A stretch of DNA of 62,775 nt, the filler included, from Phoronis australis (taxonomy: Eukaryota; Animalia; Phoronida): the NCBI GenBank assembly GCA_002633005.1. It is 9 parts of 9 records of this genome, joined end to end, with 100 filler letters (N's around TTAATTAATTAA, not from the genome) between each part and the next. Parts side by side here need not be neighbours in the genome. Positions count along the whole stretch, not along the records: positions 46,416 to 51,548 come from NMRA01002412.1; positions 51,649 to 56,021 come from NMRA01002614.1; positions 56,122 to 62,775 come from NMRA01000535.1; 6 more parts are not named here. One strand, 5' to 3'. The position numbers and the translations under genes were made by a program. Shown one piece after another: positions 49,001 through 62,029 of the stretch. Each line of letters opens with the position of its first letter. The stretch's first letter is position 1. The notes under the pieces were generated by a model, which worked only from the letters and a program-made list of their open reading frames with translations, was not told where the DNA came from and searched no databases.

Positions 49001-52000
49001 ACGTTCCTGTAATTTTCTCTTCCTTTATGCAAGCCAGTAACTTTCTACTTAATACACGAACCACGCCAATTCTGAGTATAAGGGTGACAGATGTATACTT
49101 TCGAATACTGACAAGAAAGGAATGTTCCTATTCAGTTGTTTTTTCCTGCCATTGTCTTCAACGTACCGAGCGTTGTTCGAGTAAAACAGTACTCGGGGAT
49201 TTGGTTTAACATGTCATAGTCTAACCTGAGCGACTTAGCAAATTAGGTATTACCTAGTGGTAATGATTAAAAGGTTTTGGCCTTAAATTTCTATTTTTGT
49301 ACTTGAACAACAACGGAGGAGGCTATGCTATTGTGACACCATTAAAGGCAAAGTTGCGCGCAGCTTACTTGAATTGAAATGATAATAATATTGATCTAGT
49401 CAAATGTTGGCAGAGATTGCTCAATAAATAGCCAGTTTGCTACTAAACTCGGTGACGTGTAACTTTCATAAGGTAAGTGGCTCCACAAAAATGGGTCATT
49501 TGACAAGTGTCGATTGTTGGCAAACGACCCTGGAAACTACAGGACAGTGTAATATTGATTATTGGCAAAGTATTGGACGGCAAGACTCTTCGCTTTTATA
49601 GGCTAATAATAAACATGCTGTGTGAAATCCCTCCAGACAAAAAAAATGTTCCAAAATCCCCTTACTGTGTCAATTTCATTCCCTCAAACTTAGTAACGTG
49701 GTTTGAATCGTGTGTAACTCTCACTGTAATCTTAAAAAGAAGTAAAGCTTTGAGTTTGTGTATCAGCTGGCGTGTAAAAAATTTGCGTGAGATAGATCAC
49801 CGTCAACTTGGTTGGCCAGTGTCTTGTACTCGACTTGTCATTAATTACGGTTGTAAATAGCGTGTGCCCGATAGCAACTCCACTTCCAATGAAAGCAACT
49901 GACCACTGTCTTCGAATTTTCGAAATCTGTACACTGCAGGGGAGGTTACTGAGAACAATTTAGTGCAACACAACTAGTATCTTGTGACGTTGTTCCAATT
50001 GTGAGCTTTATGGCACTCAGCATGCTGGGCAAGTTTATAAAATTCATGAGGATATCAACCGGGAAGCTATGTTATAGCGCTGTGACAGATAACACAGTTT
50101 TTGCATGTTATATTGAAAATCCAATTGTTTAAAATGATCCAATATATTGACGTCCTAAGTAAGAATTAGTTTTGTTACCCAAATTATAATTGGGTTGTTT
50201 TAGCCATAACTTAACACATGCTTTACGTAATTAGCCAATTACGGGAAGCTTTGTTGAGTTGACATTGAATAATATGATTCACTTCCATCATTCAACTTGT
50301 CTAAAATAACAACGTTTGGCGTACTTGTTAGACCCAATGCAAAAGCAACCTAGCAGATTTCGGACGCACTGTTTTGAGTTCTTTAAGAATAGGGTCGCCA
50401 TCTTTACAACAAAACTTTAAAAAAAATGATGATGTGGTTTGGAACTAGAGGTTTTGAATGGCGTCTCTTTTCCGACAAGGTCAGTTGGCCCTATGCCGGT
50501 GAGGCCACGTTCGTTTCTAATCAGTATCATTGGATTGCTATTCAGCTTAGAAAACCGATGAAGTGAGTGTTTTATTTCACCACTTTAATGTCATAAAAAT
50601 GTTAACCTTTTTCAAAAAGTGCTATTAACAAATCTGCTATTTCTTGCCATAGCCCTTGTTAGCTAACAAATGAGAAGTTCTGTATTAAGCGCGTAGACCA
50701 ATGACATCACACGATAGTTATACCATGAGTGGTTTCCTTCCTGCACTTAGTGATTTCCGACGCCAATTTGTAAATTGGACGTCATTGACGACAACGGAAA
50801 GAGCAGATTCACAACGCCGAAGCAAAGTAGCTTACTATATACGTGCACAGCATTAGTTGCTTCGGGAAAAAACATGATGTCCTACGAAAACTTTGCAGTC
50901 GTATAGTCGACTGTTTGAAGCAAAATTCCAGATTTGTCGAAGGTGTTGTTCGGAGGAAAACGTTTTTTATAATTTTGGACAAAAATCGACTAACGCAGAA
51001 CCCTGGGAATATGTAAGTATTATCTTAACTGAGAGCAAAGATAGTAAAACAATCTTTCGTCAATTTGCTTACCAATTTTAAATTTCGATTTTTTCCGAAC
51101 GACTATACATGTAGTCCTTTCTCCGCAAGAGATAGCTCCCCTGGACCGACGGTGGCACCACTATTGTTCCCATTTTAGGTTATCTCAAACCTTATTTAGT
51201 AGGCTCCATTCTAACACGTATATCGAAAAACTAAGGTTTGTTAACTAGGAAAAGTATATAGTTCATTAAAGAAAAGGATCAGGGACTTTAAAGCCTAACT
51301 TCAACGGAATTTTGTTATTTTACGTCTGTTGGGCTAACCAGATATTCCTGCCAAAAGAAGAAAACGCGCTTTCAATCACGCAAATGTAAACCTGTTTAAT
51401 GATACAGAAGCTGTCTTTTCGTGCCATGTTGCGTAACCGCCAGATCCCAGCAGAACCAACAGAAGACCGATAACAGTGGTATTGAAGAGACAATCTGGAT
51501 AGAACACCATTGCGCGCAGCTCGGTGTTTGAATTAAAAGGTGATTCTCNNNNNNNNNNNNNNNNNNNNNNNNNNNNNNNNNNNNNNNNNNNNTTAATTAA
51601 TTAANNNNNNNNNNNNNNNNNNNNNNNNNNNNNNNNNNNNNNNNNNNNCAGTTGATTTTGGGGAGAGACAGTCGCCAGAAGATACTAAAAGTCAACTGAA
51701 CTACCGTGCTCTATGTCAACTCTTGCAAAGGTTATGCAGGACTAGAAAAATGCCCAAATTTGGCCAACGTTAGAAACGGCAGTTCGGATTCATATGAAAC
51801 TTTCACACAACCAGCATTATGCACTGATATACAAAATGCTTTTAGAAATTGTTTTCTATGTGTCCAATTTTTGCATAAGAAGCTTTCAAAAATATGACAT
51901 GATTTTTATGAAAAAATTGCATTTTCTACGTATTTGGCTAAATATACAGACTAGTTGATAAGGTCCCACACAACCCCAAGTGCTGTTTCATCAGTATGGG

Positions 52001-52474
52001 AGGGGGAAGACACTTGGATTATAAAAATTGTGGGCGATTGTGCTTAGAACAAATAAAAAATTACTAGTTGCCGTTTGTGTAAAAAATAAAATTTTACAGG
52101 TTGTTGGTGTTTTGATAATACGTAAATTTGCAATGGTAGGAATTATCACCCATTCCATTCAACAACTACAGGTTCACCAAACCCAATCTTATACGGTATT
52201 TAAAATGAATTCATGTTGCGTTACAACTTATAACTGGTAAGTTATCCATACTAGCTTGGATCTGAACACAAAAACCATGACTGGCTCTGGTGAGTTTGAT
52301 AGATAAACAGCGAGAGAGGGCAATGTTGCGTCATCAAATCCAGTAGTACATGGACTAAAGTGTCATGAAAAGCATATTGGCCGAGTTCAGGGGAAAACAC
52401 AAAGTGGTACTTCAGGGATTTCACCAAACACCAGAATTCATTCAGCACACCTCATGAAGCCATACAGCCAATAC

Positions 52475-55118
52475 CTTGTTATGGTAGTTGCGTATTTCAC
52501 CCTGTAGCTTCTTGATGATTTCATTGGCTTTGATCAGCTCTTCGGACATTGTCTTAATTGACGACTCCATCTTCGATATCTGTCGCTGCTTTCGTTCAAG
52601 ATCATCTTCGTATTTTTTCTATACAAAATAAAAAGTCTCCGCACTTAACTCCTCAGAGTTATCCAAACATTAATAAGGCCAAAGAAAGTAGAATAACTGG
52701 TTCTGGTCTGTGCTTCTTTAAAAATAGCTACAGTGATTTAGTATTTTTAGTAGTCCATTTACTCAAAAAGAAAGTCAACTGATGCCAGCTGAAATGTGTC
52801 AGNNNNNNNNNNNNNNNNNNNNNNNNNNNNNNNNNNNNNNNNNNNNNNNNNNNNNNNNNNNNNNNNNNNNNNNNNNNNNNNNNNNNNNNNNNNNNNNNNN
52901 NNNNNNNNNNNNNNNNNNNNNNNNNNNNNNNNNNNNNNNNNNNNNNNNNNNNNNNNNNNNNNNNNNNNNNNNNNNNNNNNNNNNNNNNNNNNNNNNNNNN
53001 NNNNNNNNNNNNNNNNNNNNNNNNNNNNNNNNNNNNNNNNNNNNNNNNNNNNNNNNNNNNNNNNNNNNNNNNNNNNNNNNNNNNNNNNNNNNNNNNNNNN
53101 NNNNNNNNNNNNNNNNNNNNNNNNNNNNNNNNNNNNNNNNNNNNNNNNNNNNNNNNNNNNNNNNNNNNNNNNNNNNNNNNNNNNNNNNNNNNNNNNNNNN
53201 NNNNNNNNNNNNNNNNNNNNNNNCTGAAATCCAGCTGAACACTGGCTCTCCATATACACACAACAGGTTATCACATACCTTTTGCTCCTGTTCCAAGCCT
53301 AGTAAATCTGAACTCCTGGACAACACTTGGTCTTTGTCTCGGCACTCCTGTTCTAGAACAGCCACACGGGTCTTTAACTGGTTGGTCATCTTTTCCTATA
53401 ACCACGCACAAAGACAAACACACTAGGTCACAGATCTAGTACTTACAGATGTACAGAGAATGACACATAGAAAAACAAAATATTTCTCCCTGATCCACTT
53501 ACCCACAGAGGGAGCCAGGGTAGGGCAAGAGGACACAAAAATAATTTAAAACGACCTTATTTAATTAAATGACAAGCCAAGACGCGATGCGTATGTCCCA
53601 CCCATTTCATGTTCAAAATGGCAACTTACTGCAAAAAAATTCTCAAAACTTGTTTCTAATTCAGACAAGAAGTAATTTCTACGCTCGGAAAGAGACAACA
53701 GCACATTCTTTCTGGTGACCAAGCTGAATTAGCTGGCCATTCTTGGTCATCATTTTAACCTATTCATTATAAAAAATACCTGCGTAGGTACGTGCGCTGA
53801 AATAATACCCCTCTATTGAAATAAATATGCCGCGTTCACAGGCCACTTTCCAATTGCCACCAGATGCCACGAAGTCAAGCACAGCATACAACCTCTGACA
53901 TGACCTCACCTGTTCATGAAAGTCCCTGTCTAACGAGCTGTTTTCCTTCCGTAGGACTTGCACTTCCTGTTTCGCTCGCTGGTGTTCTTCCTCCAGGCTC
54001 GACAACCTCCCTTTCAACTCTCGTATGGTCGAATCAGAGCGATACTTCTTGTCAGTCAAATCCTGAAACGCACAACAGGGTACGTGGACTTTCAAATGCA
54101 CTAGGTGGCGCTAGGGAAACTACTATCCTCCCTGTAGTAATGCATGCATTGAGATACCATGGGACTCATGTCCCACGACTGTTGCCAAGCTGGTATGCAG
54201 AGTTGTGATGACAATCAATTCAAATGATGAAAATCAGCTCCAGTGTTCTGTTTCAAGAAGAGTCTATTGTTTTTCAGCTAAACACCAGTCTACGTATGGC
54301 TTAGCCTCTTTCACAAAATCAGGCCAAGGCTAAAAGCCAGAAAATTTGTCTACAACTCAAAGCCAGAAATCTATAGCCTTCGTGGGAGCAGACTAAATGC
54401 CAAAGCAGAAAGTCAAGCCTCCACTATACACTCTTTGAGCAATAGGTTCCCGAGCAATACTGGGTCACTCGTTGTGGAAACTAGTGTAAACAAAATATTC
54501 CTATAGTCCTTCCAGACAAAATTTCTATAAAAGGTAGAATAGATTTTTCTTAGTTTTCGCTCTGCACAGATATGTATTTACTTTGTGAACAATGGCTTTT
54601 TGTTTTTTGGAAGCTATGAGCAAGCTTTTAAGTCAAAAGCATATTTTTTTTACTTGGAACTGTTCCAAGATGGATTCTAGAGACACAGGTACATTCACAG
54701 TCAACAGATATCCTCTTATTCTGGACTAGTGTTGAAGTTCACGGAATAAGTTTTGGTGGAAGTTCTATTAACTGCAAGGAGGAACTGACTCTTAACATTT
54801 ACAAACACTTCTCTTGTTTACAACACACAAAATCAACAATGTCACATGAAATTTAATCCCAATATTGGACTTAAATTTTACCCTATTGGCTGCCTCATAT
54901 TCCTACTCTCACCCTATTGGCTGCCTCAGATTCATACTGCTATCTTATTGGCTGCCTCACACTCATACTCTTGCATTATTGGCTCAAACTAGTGCTCTTA
55001 CCCTACTGGCTGCCTCAGTCTCATACATTTTCGCCTCCAGCTGTTTAACAATCTTTAGATGAGCCTGCTCCAAGTCGCGTTTCTCACGCTCGTATCTCTG
55101 TTGTAAATCAGTCTGGGA
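52475..55118 (-). CDS. SASS6: Spindle assembly abnormal protein 6 (SAS-6), internal coiled-coil exons 55118-55002, 54062-53910, 53395-53279, 52618-52475
   Basis: Phase-0 GT-AG exons encoding ETEAASR|[20 protein letters not shown]...|[24 protein letters not shown]...|...[22 protein letters not shown], matching SAS-6 ([47 protein letters not shown]). Confidence 0.92.
54876..55026 (-). repeat. ~31-bp tandem repeat (x5) built from a SASS6 exon 3' end and splice donor
   Basis: Minus-strand units GTATGAnnnTGAGGCAGCCArTAGGGTrAGA; the first unit is the real exon end and donor. Confidence 0.85.
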
Positions 55119-56121
55119 CTACAATTAATAAAAAACTCAAACAGTTATTTGTGCTCCAGACATTGAGAATTCACATTTAGATGCCTCAGTCATGAATAAA
55201 TTTCCAAATCCAAGGATAGACATCAAAAATAGCACCTATTGGGGGGGAGGTCTTTTAACCATGACAAAAGTAGACCTAGGCTTACTTTCAAAAATGGGGG
55301 AACAAATTAACAAGTGCTTTACTTGTATGTAAAATGTATGCATACGTACGCATATTCAACTGTGCCTGATAGGTGAAGTAAGGGTAACTATTCATTGTCA
55401 GCATTTTGTGGAACAACAAAGATCATCGAAACGATACAATTCAGCAAGTAAACAAAACCAAATGGTCAGAGACGCATTTTGCCAACAGATGGGGCTTACT
55501 ACTACTTACTACAGAAAGGCCCACAGTGCATACAGAAACCATGCTAACATTGAAGTCTTACTTGCAACAATCGTTCTTTCTCTGACGCCAGCTCATGCGC
55601 ATGTTTTGACGACAAGTCATTGGTTCGTGAACTCAGCTCTCCCCTTATATTATCCAACTCTACAGTTCTTGATGAGAGAGCCTAGACGACAGACAGAAGA
55701 CTGAGACAACGAAATCAAGTGGTGAAAACAGGGCTGCAATCTGTAGATGCAAGATACTCGTGAAAACGCAAGATTACGCAAGTTTTTGCATGACACTGCT
55801 ATGCACCACAGACGAAAAACGTAATCATGCTTTTCTCATGATCGTCTTGCATGATTGTATCATGGCTTGGAATGACCAACGGCGAGAAAACGCAGACATT
55901 TTTACAGCCCGAAACAAGTGCGCAACCAGCCTTGAAAAAGTCGGTGTGGACCTTTTGCCAACAAAAATCGAGAGGACTAAAAAAAAACAATAAAAAACCG
56001 TACCACCTCTGGAAGCGTGCGNNNNNNNNNNNNNNNNNNNNNNNNNNNNNNNNNNNNNNNNNNNNTTAATTAATTAANNNNNNNNNNNNNNNNNNNNNNN
56101 NNNNNNNNNNNNNNNNNNNNN

Positions 56122-56158
<37 letters not shown>

Positions 56159-56647
56159 GGGGAAATACATCAGCAAATCTTACGCCAACAGGATTTGCAC
56201 GCAAGTGGACGAGAAGCGTGCACTGCTTACCCCCAAAGTACCTGGCATCGAAGTCCTCGACACATCAAAGGCTTAATGGCGCTGTCACGGATTAAAGTGA
56301 GTGAACGTGCTGGATGAGATAATTGCGATCTGTACCAAATCGCCTGTTTAGCGTAGGAGTTTCAAAGTAAAAAAAGAACAACAAGTGAGGCAAACGACCA
56401 ACATGACTGTTTTTAAAATCGAAAAGTAAATAGTAGCCCAAATCGATTCATAGGTTTTCTTGAACATCGCGGCTAAGCCAACACGAGCAATCTTTGATTC
56501 AGCTGTGAATCGATTAGGACGGGTCTGGCTTAGGTCTTGTAAACGTAACAAAACCTCGGCCAAATGTTTGCGTACTAGGAGTTGTCATGTCGTGGTGGCT
56601 GTTTACCTTAAGTTTGCAAATGTAGGTTCCAATCCTTTGAAAACAAA

Positions 56648-57728
56648 ATATGAATTTACACCTAAAACAACTGTGTTCTAATAAATGATTGTAGCCTTGC
56701 CTTTCTTCGACTCACTGACACTCACTTGCTTGCACTGATTATTTTGGAGAAAGTTCCGTAGCGGTAGGCTGGCTACGCTCCTCAAGGCATGTTGTCATTG
56801 CCAAAATGCCAAAACGAGTGTTTTTAACAATTGAAATTGTTAACACAGGTGCGCCCTAAACATGCAGGGGCCCACATATGCGCTCCAATTCATAGATGGT
56901 GTTGTTTCCTGTGAGGAGGTTATATGTGACTCGTGATTCTCCTACTCATTTCCACCGGGCTGGGGTAAGTGAATATGGGACTAGCGGAGGCTTCACGAAC
57001 CTGGACGCTTGAATTTGATACCAGGCATTATTACTGTCTATAGCCAAAACAAATTAAAAACTCGGCCCTATCCCCCTCCCTCCCGGGCCAGGTTACGTCT
57101 TCCTGCAGCAAACCAGTGAGTCAACTTCATCTGTATTATAAACAACAAAACATTGTAGCCTGAATATATGAATTTACACCTAAAACAACTGTGTTCTAAT
57201 AAATGATTGTAGCCTGAATATATGAATTTACACCTAAAACAACTGTGTTCTAATAAATGATTGTAGCCTTGCCTTTCTTCGACTCACTGACACTCACACT
57301 TGCTTGCACTGATTATTTTGGAGAAAGTTCCGTAGCGGTAGGCTGGCTACGCTCCTCAAGGCATGTTGTCATTGCCAAAATGCCAAAACGAGTGTTTTTA
57401 ACAATTGAAATTGTTAACACAGGTGCGCCCTAAACATGCAGGGGCCCACATATGCGCTCCAATTCATAGATGGTGTTGTTCCTGTGAGGAGGTTATATGT
57501 GACTCGTGATTCTCCTACTCATTTCCACCGGGCTGGGGTAAGTGAATATGGGACTGGAGGAGGCTTCACGAACCTGGACGCTTGAATTTGATACCAGGCA
57601 TTATTACTGTCTATAGCCAAAACAAATTAAAAACTCGGCCCTATCCCCCTCCCTCCCGGGCCAGGTTACGTCTTCCTACAGCACTGAAACCAGTGAGTCA
57701 ACTTCATCTGTATTATAAACAACAAAAC
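56648..57728 (+). repeat. ~505-bp tandem duplication with an extra ~54-bp junction copy
   Basis: 56648-57151 matches 57220-57728; ATATGAATTTACACCTAAAAC...TGTAGCCT occurs a third time at 57166. Confidence 0.9.
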
Positions 57729-58427
57729 CTTATATGAACGTGTAGGACCACGGTTTATCATGACAAGTGTAAAGCTTGTACACTAACTGTAATGCAAAAG
57801 GGCTTGTTTAGACAATTGTTTAGACAACTGTTTTTCGTACGTTAATTTCAGTGTCGTGGCCTCAGTGTATGCTCGGACCAGTTTGGCGAATTGGTCAAAA
57901 AATCAAAGTAAACGAGACAAAAGTCCTCAAAATTCCAAGGGAAGTCGGCGCAGATGCACAGTTCGTGAGCCTGAACTCAGTGGCCCCGTTTTTTTTAGTC
58001 CTCTTTGATTTTTTCACTAAAAGGTCTGCACACCGGAAATTCGAGCCCCCCCTATATACTTTAGGCTGGGTGCGCGCATGCTCTACCCGGGCCTCAGTTG
58101 CGGGAGGTAGGTACCGGTATAGCAAATTTAATGCTAAGTGGTAAAGTCAGTTGCACAGAGAATGTTTAAAAGGTTAAAATAATTTTTTTCATAATACCAA
58201 TGAACCACATGTAGAGACCGAACTAATGCGCGACCAAAGTATCGGCAATGTTTGTGGGTTGCGAGTTTTCGTTCGACGCTCCAATGAGTCCTTATTTAGT
58301 CCGGCTCAGCAGTCAACTCAGTGCGATCAGCAAAACTTTTCAATCAGCACCATTGAGAGTTTGTGGCAATGAGCAATTTCAGTATCAAAACTTTCACTGG
58401 TGTTATACCATGCGCGTACCCAGGGGA

Positions 58428-60053
58428 CTCGAAGGAGCCCCTCCCCCATTTGGCGGCGAAGTGGCAAAAAGGACCGCCTCTGAGAAACAAAAAGTCCGAG
58501 AAATGAGACAAAAGTCCTCTAAACAAGCACAAACGCACAATCCACAGTGGTGCCCCCGTTTTTTTTAGTCCGCCCGCTTTTTTGTTACCAAAAGGTACAC
58601 AACGTCAGGAATTCGAGCCCCCCCCTCCATATTGAAGGCTGGGTGCGCACATGTATACGGTCCTAATGCCACAAACCCACAGGTGTCGAAGAATAATGAG
58701 GTTACACAGCGCGTGCAAAACGCCAGTGTTATAGCTGTGGTCATCAGTTGAGTCAAAAAATAATTTTCACCTTCGATGAGTGTGACAACGTGACGTGTCC
58801 GTGCCGAGTGGTATTTATATAATTATGAAGAATATGTCCCTCAGCAGAGCTTTGAATTTGGCTTTTCACACTTGGGCTTTAGAAAACTGTACGGCCAAAA
58901 GTTCTCCCCCTGCATCGGAAATTCTAGTCAAAAGGCACCGCTTTCCCAAAAACAAGCAACAGGTTTACGCATGCGCCATTTTCAACTACTAAGCATTACA
59001 TATGCCGTTGCCTGAAGACCACACATCAATCGGGACTACTTCACTTCGCACTTAAGTTGATATTCATAGGCTTACGTACGTGTGCCGTCATAGAAGTGCC
59101 ACTAAATGCTTGTTAGTGTGAGCTCCCTAGAAGTGTGGTTATTCACACATTTCCCGGAGCAGATGCCTGGGCACACACTCATCCTGTCGAAACAGTATAT
59201 GGATAGAGGGACAATAGTTCCTTTAGTACTTAATAGTCTTTNCTCGAAGGAGCCCCTCCCCCATTTGGCGGCGAAGTGGCAAAAAGGACCGCCTCTGAGA
59301 AACAAAAAGTCCGAGAAATGAGACAAAAGTCCTCTAAACAAGCACAAACGCACAATCCACAGTGGTGCCCCCGTTTTTTTTAGTCCGCCCGCTTTTTTGT
59401 TACCAAAAGGTACACAACGTCAGGAATTCGAGCCCCCCCCTCCATATTGAAGGCTGGGTGCGCACATGTATACGGTCCTAATGCCACAAACCCACAGGTG
59501 TCGAAGAATAATGAGGTTACACAGCGCGTGCAAAACGCCAGTGTTATAGCTGTGGTCATCAGTTGAGTCAAAAAATAATTTTCACCTTCGATGAGTGTGA
59601 CAACGTGACGTGTCCGTGCCGAGTGGTATTTATATAATTATGAAGAATATGTCCCTCAGCAGAGCTTTGAATTTGGCTTTTCACACTTGGGCTTTAGAAA
59701 ACTGTACGGCCAAAAGTTCCCCCCCTGCATCGGAAATTCTAGTCAAAAGGCACCGCTTTCCCAAAAACAAGCAACAGGTTTACGCATGCCCCATTTTCAA
59801 CTAGCATTACATATGCCGTTGCCTGAAGACCACACATCAATCGGGACTACTTCACTTCGCACTTCAAGTTGATATTCATAGGCTTACGTACGTGTGCCGT
59901 CATAGAAGTGCCACTAAATGCTTGTTAGTGTGAGCTCCCTAGAAGTGTGGTTATTCACACATTTCCCGGAGCAGATGCCTGGGCACACACTCATCCTGTC
60001 GAAACAGTACATGGATAGAGGGGCAATAGTTCCTTTAGTACTTAATAGTCTTT
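58428..60053 (+). repeat. ~812-bp tandem duplication around a single N (likely uncollapsed alleles)
   Basis: 58428-59241 and 59243-60053 are near-identical, with N at 59242. This explains the duplicated ORFs. Confidence 0.92.
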
Positions 60054-61120
60054 GACTTCAACACCTATAGCTAAAGCGTCAATAAACCCACTATCCATCA
60101 CCAAAACCACTTTTAATTTAGACCACTCTCAGAGTTGCGGAAGAACTGACAGTTGGTTACTGTTAGAGATCAGCCTGCTTCATAAGTTGTCATTTTATGC
60201 CCCGCCCATGGACTCAGGGAGAAACGAATCACTGTTGTTGGCAAACACCGACTCAGATCTCTGTAACAAGTTCAGATTAATCACTATCAGTTCTTCACAA
60301 ACCGACTGATCTCTGTTGTAACATTTACAGATTGATTTTATATATAGCGATAAGTTGTCTAAATCAAATGTTCACTTCTCCGACCAAACGCGGGTTTTCA
60401 TAGCCGCGGCAAGATTTTTTATTTTGAAGCTCATGATCACGTGGCTCTTCACAAAACTGACAAAACTAAGCAAAAATCTGAGATTTTACCTTGGGCACTG
60501 GTGATGCGTCATCTAATCCTTGTTGCAGACGATATTCACGCCTTTTCTTCGCCAAAAGTTTCCCTTTCTGAATCTCCTGCAGAACGCTGCCACTATCTTG
60601 TCTTAAAAACGTCTCCGTCTTGCACACGTTTACCAAGCCTTGCATCTCCCCAAGTTTTCAATTCACAGTTTGATGCAGACGTTAACAGTCGTTCATTTCT
60701 ACTGTCGTGGATCGATTTCAATTATTCTTTACCTGAAATACCTCGGCGATGTTTGTGGCACATCGTTAAAAGTTTACTCGTTCATACGGTGAGTTTTTAT
60801 ACATGAAAATCAATTCCTGCCAGTTTATTCCCACGGCGGTACGTTAATGTAAGTACATAGTGCCAGTCCGTGACCATCCGTTCATTTTCCGAGTCGTCTA
60901 ATAATGAATTGAACCAGGAACGCAGTTACCAACAAAACTTTTTAACCGTGACACATTGCTGTCCCATAACGACACCTTGACCATGTCTGCAATTTACAGG
61001 ATGTTCTGTGCCGTGCTTACGCGACACCTAATAACTAATTTACAGAAAGTATGCTTTTAAGTATACATTTGCTTCCGTGATAAAATTGCGTTGTATCGGA
61101 CATTGAAAGACAAATTGGAG

Positions 61121-61287
61121 GTCAAATGACTCCAAGACACATAACTTGTCAAATGACTCCAAGACACATAACTTGTCAAATGACTCCAAGACACATAACT
61201 TGTCAAATGACTCCAAGACACATAACTTGTCAAATGACTCCAAGACACATAACTTGTCAAATGACTCCAAGACACATAACTTGTCAA
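61121..61287 (+). repeat. 27-bp perfect minisatellite (GTCAAATGACTCCAAGACACATAACTT) x6
   Basis: Head-to-tail identical units with no spacers. Confidence 0.97.
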
Positions 61288-62029
61288 TTAGATCGTCTCC
61301 GAAAGTATACAGACTCAATGAAGCTTATATATTCCACGAACAATCAAACGCTAAGAGGGGTGTTTATTAATTTAAAGTGCACCCCAATTTAATTAAAGTC
61401 ACTTGTCAATGGTTTTATTGTCAAAAACACATTGAGCAGACGGTAAAATCTTACCGATATAGAACACAATATGGCCGACAAGTGACATTTTATTTTTCAT
61501 TCTTGATAAAGACAATTAACAGACACAAAATATAGAACTACCACCATACAATAATTTTGAGAAATCGTATTGTCATGTCTTTGTTAGTCTTTAACAAGTG
61601 CAACATGGAGCATTGACATGCCCCACCTTGTGCATCGCATATAGCAGATACAAGGGAGATGATTACTACTTTAAATATGCTCATTAAATGAGGCTGCTTT
61701 CCTGAATAGGAACACACCTGTCAAAACCATAAAAAAGTAAAACAGGCGACATAGCTCGAGGTAGTCAGATACGTCCAAACGTCGTCCGTCACCTGTTGTC
61801 ATTTTCACAGAAACACTCTTGCCACTTGAAATTTCACAGATCCTGCACGGAAAAACACCTGCAGATGCCAAAAAATCAAACTGCCACCTGGGGGGGGGGG
61901 CGACACAGGAGTCAAACTGTCCAATATAGTCGACCATGCTCTTCCCAGTAGGAACACATTTACAATTTTCTTAACTATTCTTATGGCAAATAGCGAAATG
62001 TACGCCAAAAACACACCAACAACATAACA

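Noticed and set aside
41503-51548. Protein-coding genes in the three contigs between 41503 and 51548
   Set aside because: Only short ORFs with no recognisable motifs or consistent splice structure; the sequence looks repeat-derived or intergenic.
52728-53426. Long ORFs of 143-214 aa in the ORF track
   Set aside because: They run through a 421-nt N gap; only the SASS6 exon 53395-53279 is real.
58344-59872. Tandem gene duplicates (identical short ORF pairs)
   Set aside because: They arise from the ~812-bp duplication around the single N at 59242, likely uncollapsed alleles; the peptides are unrecognisable.
61121-61287. CRISPR-like array or repeat protein (DKLCVLESF)n
   Set aside because: Units are head-to-tail with no spacers in eukaryotic DNA; the ORFs in four frames are a by-product of a 27-bp period.
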